Source: an uncultured bacterium
Lineage (GTDB): Bacteria; Zixibacteria; MSB-5A5; UBA10806
DNA: 64,000 nucleotides
Assembly (NCBI GenBank): GCA_965541585.1
Contig: CBEUCH010000001.1
Span: forward strand, 288,001-352,000
Reading direction: 5' to 3'
Shown: one piece after another, positions 57,405 to 64,000 of the stretch
Position numbering within the stretch: position 1 is the stretch's first letter
How the letters are laid out: each line of letters starts with the position of its first letter
The notes under the pieces: generated by a model
Databases searched by the model: none
Told to the model about the DNA's origin: nothing
The model's input: the letters and a program-made list of their open reading frames with translations, nothing else
Translations under genes and position numbers: made by a program

Positions 57405-58487
57405 CTAAAAGAAGAAGTGAAACTGGGTATTAAACAAGATATACTGTTCGTCACCCGGATATGATTCGTCGTAAAACTTTATGTTAGGCTCGAATTCCAG
57501 AAAGCCGAACGGGAAATAATCAAGCCCGATACCGTATCGTGATACCGTTCCCGATTCGATATCGATATCGGGATCGAAATAATCATAGAACAGTTCAAAC
57601 CAGATTCCCTGCCTGATCATATAAGCGAGTTTTTGAGTCGAGGCAAAGGATGTTATTCCCGGTTGGCCTGAAATTTCATTATCCAGCCAGCCTAACTCGC
57701 CTAACAATATGAGCTTACCGCCGTTAACATAGTAGAACGGTCCGGTCATAGTGCGCTCGCTATTTGAATGGTCGTTGAAATAATACGAGCCGCCCAGGGC
57801 AACACCCAGTTTGCCGATATGCTTGCGTATCTCAAGCCTCGATGATATGGCCTTCCCCTTGTCGTTATCGAATGTGCCTCCGGTCCCGTTGAAAAATCCG
57901 ACATTGGCGGAAATGCCATGGGGATAAATACCGAACTCTACACCTGTATCGGTGGAGTTCGGCGGCCAGAGCATTTTCTCGCGGACAAAGGACGTGTGAT
58001 CGGCGAACCGCCAGCCATACGACGGCTGAAATTTCCCGACCCGGAAATATCCCTGCGCCGGAAGAACATAACCCATCCCGAATATCTCGAAACCTTCGTA
58101 AAGCCCCTTCTTCAAAGTAACCGAGAAACGTTTATCGAGTTGAGCGTTGAGATATAGATTTCCCTCCATCTGGAAGAAGGTGGACTGATCGCCAAGCTCA
58201 TCGTAGATATACTGAGTTCTCATATCCATCCCTAATGATATGGTCTCAGATACCTGTGGCTCGAACTTAGAAAGATCGGACAGGGGCGTTTTGTGCACTG
58301 CCATCTCCGTGAACGCAAAATACTGGGAGCCGAAACCGTTTCTCATGCCGCCGCCGGTAGGACTGATATGGCAGAGATTGCATTTCTGCTCCACGTCGGC
58401 GGAGAATCTCGGCAGGCCAAAAGTGAGAGGGGGTATCGTCAAACCTCCTAAAAGAACAAGAATCCCGATTACTAGTCCAATCTTCAT
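57405..58487 (-). CDS. Outer membrane beta-barrel (porin-like) with N-terminal CxxCH heme motif
   Basis: Signal peptide, CNLCH..TGGGMRN.FG, amphipathic strands, C-terminal QFHFFF. Confidence 0.78.
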   Translation of the reverse strand: MKIGLVIGILVLLGGLTIPPLTFGLPRFSADVEQKCNLCHISPTGGGMRNGFGSQYFAFTEMAVHKTPLSDLSKFEPQVSETISLGMDMRTQYIYDELGDQSTFFQMEGNLYLNAQLDKRFSVTLKKGLYEGFEIFGMGYVLPAQGYFRVGKFQPSYGWRFADHTSFVREKMLWPPNSTDTGVEFGIYPHGISANVGFFNGTGGTFDNDKGKAISSRLEIRKHIGKLGVALGGSYYFNDHSNSERTMTGPFYYVNGGKLILLGELGWLDNEISGQPGITSFASTQKLAYMIRQGIWFELFYDYFDPDIDIESGTVSRYGIGLDYFPFGFLEFEPNIKFYDESYPGDEQYILFNTQFHFFF

Positions 58488-58544
58488 ACGCCTCCAATCA
58501 TAGCTTTCTAAATTAACGCTGGTTATCCATAATAGGTTCCGGCC

Positions 58545-58572
58545 AAAAGAAGAGGCCGCCCGGAGAGCGGCC
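58545..58572 (-). terminator. Rho-independent terminator after the first sorting-domain gene
   Basis: Minus strand GGCCGC-N7-GCGGCC followed by TCTTCTTTT. Confidence 0.5.
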
Positions 58573-58597
58573 CCATAAGAAAGCTATTTTCCCTGTT

Positions 58598-60298
58598 TTA
58601 CTTCAGAAGTGTCATCTTTCTCACGGCTGCGGTGCCGAACTCGTCGAAATTGACGGAGTAGAAATAGGTTCCGCTGGCAACCGTCTCGCCGGAAGCATCG
58701 GTGCCGTCCCAGGTGATGGAGCGGGTTTCCTGGCTTAGCGGGAAGCTTCTCACCATGCGGCCGGCAACGTCGTAAATGGCCAGTCTGCCGGAGTGAATCT
58801 CACCATCGATGGAGATCACCGTATTGGCGTTAAACGGATTGGGGTAATTCTGTGCCAGGGCGAAATCGAACGGCAGATCCGGATTTTCATGATAGACACC
58901 GATGGGGTAGAGCATGAATGCGTCAACCGCCAGATAAAGGACATTGTTTTCGGTCCATGCTCCCTGCGGAACCCATTCTGCGCCGGCATCGTCGTCATCC
59001 ACGTACATAATACGGAGAGTGTCATCGACCACCTCTGCCATAGAGGACCAGACGTCGCTGTCGCAGTTAGGAGGCTCACAACCGGGGGTCGGCGAATTGG
59101 TCAGGTTGACCTTATTATTCCAGTCGGCGCCACCGTCGACCGACGCGGCGGCAAAGAGCTCGCCGTTGGAGAAACCCGCTGCAGACACGTCATCGGGGTA
59201 AAGTTCTGACCAGAGAGCATAAATATTATTGTTAGCCGGGTCGACCCCGAGGCTCATCTTGCAGATGCACAGCGCATAATTTATGGGGAAGCAATCCTCG
59301 TCATTGGTCGCTATCACGGAATGGCCCGCAGGCTCGCTCCAGTGCATGACGTCACCAAAGCTCTCTATGACATCTTCATTAACATATAAACCCTGGTAAG
59401 TGATATGCAGGACATCATCGTAGTCATAGATGGCATCGACGTCAGCCCAGGCGCTGTAGGTATCTCCTTCTACGTAATTTGTTATATTTGTGGGATTTCC
59501 CCAGTCCCAATTCTCGCCATCAGTCGTTTCGACAACGAAAACGTTATAATAGCCTGTGTCATCGTCAGGACGGGTATAGACGACCGCCGATTTTGTGGAA
59601 ACAGGGGAAGAACAGATGGTTCCGCTTAAGATGGAGGTATCGAAAGTCTGAGCCGATCTAGCCCAGTTTTCGCCGTCGTCATCTGAATAGGTGTACCAGT
59701 AATCATCCGAATTCCAGTCAGAGAGTAGCATATGGATTCTGCCGTTGATATCGCGGGCGATATAGGGCCAGATGTATTCACCGGGTGTGGCAATGTGGAA
59801 TTCCTCGAAGATTCCCCAACCGGCGAACAGATCTCTGGCCAGGACGGGGTTTGCACCCGCGGGATTGTCGAACCAGTGGTAACCAAGCAGGGCGCGGTCA
59901 TCGGGCAGCAGATCCATAGTTACGAAGCCGGAGCCGTCGCCTTCGCTTACCGGGGTTTCACCCAGCCAGCCTTCAGGATTGCGAGCATTGTAGTAGACAT
60001 AGCGCGGACGGTCGGTTGGGGCCATTCCTTTCGTCCAGGCAATGTGGACGCGGCCTTCACTATCGACCGAGATCCTGTTTCCTGTCGACCCGTTAGTCTG
60101 GTAGGCATAATAGGAAGTCCCCACGACCTCGCCCGGGGAGTTTGAGACCAGCCTGGGACCTACAGGTGTCCCGACTTCATCATTTTGAATGTTCCGCCCG
60201 TCGAAAGCGATGGGATTCTGTGGCGGCTGGAGCTTGTCCGCCAGCGAAATGCTAAAAAGCAGGGATGCGAGAAGCAGAACCAATAGCATAGTTCTCAT
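58598..60298 (-). CDS. Secreted BNR/Asp-box beta-propeller-like protein with T9SS type A/FlgD-Ig C-terminal domain, copy 1
   Basis: Signal peptide, SDDDGENW/TTDGENW/SVDGGADW Asp-boxes, LAQNYPNPFN..IYDVAGR..WDG..ASGTYFY..KMTLLK. Confidence 0.85.
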   Translation of the reverse strand: MRTMLLVLLLASLLFSISLADKLQPPQNPIAFDGRNIQNDEVGTPVGPRLVSNSPGEVVGTSYYAYQTNGSTGNRISVDSEGRVHIAWTKGMAPTDRPRYVYYNARNPEGWLGETPVSEGDGSGFVTMDLLPDDRALLGYHWFDNPAGANPVLARDLFAGWGIFEEFHIATPGEYIWPYIARDINGRIHMLLSDWNSDDYWYTYSDDDGENWARSAQTFDTSILSGTICSSPVSTKSAVVYTRPDDDTGYYNVFVVETTDGENWDWGNPTNITNYVEGDTYSAWADVDAIYDYDDVLHITYQGLYVNEDVIESFGDVMHWSEPAGHSVIATNDEDCFPINYALCICKMSLGVDPANNNIYALWSELYPDDVSAAGFSNGELFAAASVDGGADWNNKVNLTNSPTPGCEPPNCDSDVWSSMAEVVDDTLRIMYVDDDDAGAEWVPQGAWTENNVLYLAVDAFMLYPIGVYHENPDLPFDFALAQNYPNPFNANTVISIDGEIHSGRLAIYDVAGRMVRSFPLSQETRSITWDGTDASGETVASGTYFYSVNFDEFGTAAVRKMTLLK

Positions 60299-60699
60299 AA
60301 TGGCCTCCTTGCGAAAAAGTTATTGGCTGTCTCTTGATGATATCCACGCAGCCTGATATCATGTTTTCTTCATTACCCAATTTGAAGATAATAAAAAATC
60401 CGACTTTCCCAAGATATAAATTATTGTTTCTAAGTTCATGCAGGCTGGTGAGAGAACTTGTGAAGTGACAAAAATGTCAAACATTCTTAACATATTCAAT
60501 TTCAATCGGAGCTCATTTGTTTCCATCCACCCGGATACGAGGGAACCTGCCATCTCAGGCTCGGGGGGGAGCTTTCTTATTACTTTTTCAAGGAACTCAT
60601 GCGCTATCATACCCCTCCGGTTTAGATACAAGTTTATTCCTACGATTGTTTCAATGGGAAATTAGTATGGGCGCCAACGGCTGGCCTCCAGCAAAAGAA

Positions 60700-60726
60700 T
60701 AGGGGCGAATTACAATTCGCCCCTAC
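60700..60726. repeat. REP-like palindrome related to family A
   Basis: TAGGGGCGAATT-AC-AATTCGCCCCTA-C shares the AGGGGCGA/TCGCCCCTAC arms. Confidence 0.75.
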
Positions 60727-60754
60727 AAGTATCGAAAAACAGTGTTTCCGAAGT

Positions 60755-62455
60755 TTACTTCAACAGTGTCATTTTTCTCACGGCTGCGGTGCCGAACTCG
60801 TCGAAATTGACTGAGTAGAAATAGGTTCCGCTGGCAACCGTCTCGCCGGAGGTATCGGTGGCGTCCCAGGTGATGGAGCGGGTTTCCTCGCTCAAGGGGA
60901 AGCTTCTCACCATGCGGCCGGCAACGTCGTATATGGCCAGCCTGCCGGAGTGAATCTCACCATCGATGGAAATCACCGTGTTGGCGTTAAACGGGTTGGG
61001 GTAATTCTGTGCCAGAGCGAAATCGAACGGCAGATCCGGATTCTCATGAATGACACCGACTCGTATAACCTCGTACTCGTCAATGCCCAGATAGAGAACA
61101 CGGTTTTCGGTCCAGCCGCCTTCGCTATTCCACTCGGCGCCGGCATCGTCGTCATCCACATACATGATACGGAGAGTGTCATCGACTACCTCCCCCAGAG
61201 AGGACCAAACGTCGCTGTCGCAGTCGGGAGGGTTACAACCGGGGCTTGGTGAATTGGTCAGGTTAACCTTCGGGCCCCAGGTGGCTCCGCCGTCAACCGA
61301 TCCGGCGGCATGAAGCTCACCGTTAGAATATCCTGCCGCGGATACATCATCCGGGTAAAGCTCGGACCAGAGAGCCAGGACATTGTTGTTGACCGGATCG
61401 ATTCCCAGACTCATCTTACAGATGCACAGCGCATAATTTATAGGCATGCAATCCTCGTCATTGGTCGCAATGATGGAATGGCCTGTAGGCTCGCTCCAGT
61501 GCATGACGTCACCAAAGCTCTCTATGACATTATCTCTGACATATAAACCCTGGTAGGAGACATGCAGGACATCATCGTAGTCATAGACTGCATCAACGTC
61601 GGCCCAGGCGCTGTAGGTATCTCCTTCTACGTAATTTGTGATATTTGTGGGATTTCCCCAGTCCCAGTTCTCGCCATCGATCGATTCGACGACGAAGACG
61701 TTGTAGTAGCCTGTGTCATCGTCAGGACGCGTATAGACGGCCGCCACTTTTGCAGAAATAGGGGAAGCACAGATGATGCCGCTTAAGATAGAGGTACTGA
61801 AAGCCTCCGCCGATCTAGCCCAGTTTTCGCCGTCGTCATCAGAATAGGTGTACCAGTAACTTTCCGATGCAAAGTCTCTTAACAGCAAATGGATTCTGCC
61901 GTCGTTGGCGCGGGCGACATAGGGCCAGATGAACTCACCGGGTACTGCAATGTGGAATTCCTCGAAGATTCCCCAACCGGCGAACAGATCTCTGGCCTGG
62001 ATGGGGTTTGAACCTGCGGGATTGTCAGCCCAGTGGTAAGAGGGCAAGGCGCGGCCATCGGGCAGTAAATCCATAGTTACAAAGCCGGTGCCGTTGTCTT
62101 CACTTACCGGCGTTTCGCCCAGCCAGCCTTCAGAACTGCGAGCATTGTAATAGACATAGCGGGGGCGGCCACCTTCGGCAGTTCCTTTCGTCCAGGAAAT
62201 GTGGACGCGGCCTTCACTGTCGACAGAGATCCTGTTTCCTGTCGACCCGTTGGTCTGATAGGCATAAAAGGAAGTCCCCACGACCTCGCCCGGGGAGTTC
62301 GAGACCAGCCTGGGGCCCACAGGTGTCCCGACCTCATCATTTTGAATGTTACGCCCGTCGAAGGCAATGGGATTCTGTGGCGGCTGAAGCTTGTCCGCCA
62401 TCGCCAAGCGGAAAAGCAGGGGCGTGAGCAGGAGAACCAATACAACAGTTCTCAT
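60755..62455 (-). CDS. Secreted BNR/Asp-box protein with T9SS type A/FlgD-Ig C-terminal domain, copy 2
   Basis: Colinear paralog of 58598-60298, same length (566 aa). Confidence 0.85.
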   Translation of the reverse strand: MRTVVLVLLLTPLLFRLAMADKLQPPQNPIAFDGRNIQNDEVGTPVGPRLVSNSPGEVVGTSFYAYQTNGSTGNRISVDSEGRVHISWTKGTAEGGRPRYVYYNARSSEGWLGETPVSEDNGTGFVTMDLLPDGRALPSYHWADNPAGSNPIQARDLFAGWGIFEEFHIAVPGEFIWPYVARANDGRIHLLLRDFASESYWYTYSDDDGENWARSAEAFSTSILSGIICASPISAKVAAVYTRPDDDTGYYNVFVVESIDGENWDWGNPTNITNYVEGDTYSAWADVDAVYDYDDVLHVSYQGLYVRDNVIESFGDVMHWSEPTGHSIIATNDEDCMPINYALCICKMSLGIDPVNNNVLALWSELYPDDVSAAGYSNGELHAAGSVDGGATWGPKVNLTNSPSPGCNPPDCDSDVWSSLGEVVDDTLRIMYVDDDDAGAEWNSEGGWTENRVLYLGIDEYEVIRVGVIHENPDLPFDFALAQNYPNPFNANTVISIDGEIHSGRLAIYDVAGRMVRSFPLSEETRSITWDATDTSGETVASGTYFYSVNFDEFGTAAVRKMTLLK

Positions 62456-62701
62456 GGATTCCTCCTTTCAGAGGGGTTTTAATTTAGTTACAACGAACTA
62501 ATAATCAACCAGATACATTCTTTCCCGTGCATCTTCTTTCAAAATAATAAATAATTTTCATTTTGCCACCATAAAATGGCGAAATGGCAATTTTTTTTTA
62601 CTTTTTTTCAGCCCTGAATGTGCCCTCAATTTTAGCTTGACTCGGGCGTATTTCCTTCTAATATATAATGTGTCAAAGAGTTAGGGAGAGAAAAGGGGAG
62701 A

Positions 62702-63430
62702 ATTCTGTCGAAAATAAGTGGGAAATTCGCCAAGACATACGATAAATTCGTGAAGCGCGGGCTTTTGCTTCCGGAAGGCCTCCCCGAACTGGTTGATTCG
62801 ACCGCCGCCAGGGAGATCCTCGAGATCGGATCGGGGACAGGGTCTGTCGCTATCGGACTTAGCCTGGCCGGCTATAATGTCACGGGAATAGATATCTCCC
62901 CGGATATGCTGAGGGTGGCGCAGTCCAAGGCCCAAGAATATGGCGCCGATACGAGATTCCTGGACGGTGATATTGTAAAGGTCAGGCTGGATCGACAATT
63001 CGACCTTTTGATCTGTCTGGGTAATACGCTCGCCTTAATTGTGGGATCAGGCGAATCAAGAATGCTATTCAATAACTGTATCAGGCATCTCCGGCCCGGC
63101 GGCAAAGCAATATTCCAGGTGCTGAACTATGATCGAATTCTCAAGGAAAGGCCGACCACCTTTGCAGTCGATTGTCAGGGCGATCTTATGAGGATAAAGC
63201 AATACCGTTATGGTTCAAAGCTTCTGGATTTTGTAGTCACGCTAATTGATAATTCGAAAATTCCCCCGGTCGTAACGACTTCAGAAAGAAAACTCAGGCC
63301 CTGGACCAAAAGGGAGATTTCCGCCGGCCTGATGAACGCCGGATTCAAGAAAGTAAGTGCTTATAAGGACTATAACCGGGGGAGGTTTAGTCTGCATTCA
63401 AAAGACCTGGTAATTGTTGCGAAATCCTGA
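62702..63430 (+). CDS. Class I SAM-dependent methyltransferase
   Basis: ILEIGSGTG, GIDISPDML, FDLLICLGNT, HLRPGG. Frame extends upstream of the track GTG (62750) through FAKTYD. Confidence 0.88.
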   Translation: MLSKISGKFAKTYDKFVKRGLLLPEGLPELVDSTAAREILEIGSGTGSVAIGLSLAGYNVTGIDISPDMLRVAQSKAQEYGADTRFLDGDIVKVRLDRQFDLLICLGNTLALIVGSGESRMLFNNCIRHLRPGGKAIFQVLNYDRILKERPTTFAVDCQGDLMRIKQYRYGSKLLDFVVTLIDNSKIPPVVTTSERKLRPWTKREISAGLMNAGFKKVSAYKDYNRGRFSLHSKDLVIVAKS

Positions 63431-63444
63431 AAGAAGGAGGGAAG

Positions 63445-64000
63445 GTGAAAGGGAAATCGTCAATGATATTCTCGGCTGCGGTTATCGCGGGTTTGCTTAT
63501 CGCATGGGGAGATATGGCATCTGCGGAAAAATGCGTCGAATGTCACAAGAGAAAGAATCCGTCTCTTGTCAAGCACTGGCAGGATTCGAGGCACGCCGAA
63601 AATGAAATAGGATGTATTGATTGCCATGTCGCGGAAAAGGGGGAACCCGATGCGTTCGAGCATTATGGTTCTATGATCGCCGTTATTGTGTCGCCGAAGG
63701 ATTGCGGCAGTTGTCATGAGACCGAGGAGAGAGAAAACAGCACCTCGCGGCATGCGCACGGGGCGGAGTTTATCGGCTCCCTCGATAATTTCCTGGGCGA
63801 GATTGTGGAGGGGGCGGCGGCGGCCACCTCGGGATGCAGGCAGTGCCATGGTTCCGAAGTCAGAGTTCTGGAAAACGGCAAGTTAGATCCGGCCACCTGG
63901 CCAAATACCGGAATCGGCAGGATTAACCCTGATGGTTCGAGGGGTTCATGCTCGGCGTGTCACCTGCGGCATTCGTTCTCCGCGGCCCAGGCCCGGCGTC
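63445..64000 (+). CDS. Multiheme c-type cytochrome, hydroxylamine oxidoreductase/octaheme family (runs off the window)
   Basis: AAGGAGG RBS, GTG start, signal peptide, five CxxCH in 185 codons (CVECH, CIDCH, CGSCH, CRQCH, CSACH), WPNTGIGRINPDGSRGSC..CH.RH.FS. Absent from the ORF track because there is no stop in the window. Confidence 0.9.
   Translation, partial: MKGKSSMIFSAAVIAGLLIAWGDMASAEKCVECHKRKNPSLVKHWQDSRHAENEIGCIDCHVAEKGEPDAFEHYGSMIAVIVSPKDCGSCHETEERENSTSRHAHGAEFIGSLDNFLGEIVEGAAAATSGCRQCHGSEVRVLENGKLDPATWPNTGIGRINPDGSRGSCSACHLRHSFSAAQARR

Noticed and set aside
58598..62455. Diversity-generating retroelement TR/VR pair
   Set aside because: Similarity spans both whole genes, differences are not confined to adenines, and there is no reverse transcriptase in the window.
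63460..63896. Short track ORFs at the right edge
   Set aside because: Explained as shadows of the multiheme cytochrome frame starting at 63445.
1..64000. CRISPR array or cas genes
   Set aside because: The palindromic repeats are dispersed, not regularly spaced with unique spacers; no cas-like ORF seen.

Overview
64-kb window of a bacterial chromosome from a diderm organism. PorV/PorQ-family and C-terminal 'QNYPNPFN' sorting-domain proteins, lipid A acyltransferase and multiheme cytochromes point to the FCB group, possibly Zixibacteria-like (inference only). The left half is mostly co-directional core genes. It runs tamB-like/omp85, iscS-mnmA, lpxL-like and comEC, then a signalling and motility locus (DUF4388 protein, four Roadblock domains, MglA, pilB-pilT-pilC, a frameshifted pilS-like kinase). 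Next come lexA, a REP-associated tyrosine transposase, a small accessory gene and dinB, then dapF, argS and a catalytically altered aroA homologue. The right half is more accessory: TetR/TonB-receptor unit, glnS, a second REP-associated transposase, gltX and tRNA-Gln(CTG), ferritin and rubredoxin genes, two tandem duplications, asnA, a heme-motif porin plus lipoprotein cytochrome pair, and a truncated HAO-family multiheme cytochrome missing from the ORF track. At least three palindromic REP-like families are scattered through it. The strongest candidate for an undescribed system is a two-gene unit at 45495-46803. It encodes an exported protein with tandem prokaryotic YEATS (acyl-lysine-reader fold) domains and a membrane-anchored partner that seems to carry a third, divergent YEATS-like domain. 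Other strong leads are the Roadblock-rich MglA module (membrane-targeting tail, sigma28-like promoters) and the AroA homologue lacking PEP-site residues. All calls come from motif recognition by eye; no searches were run.
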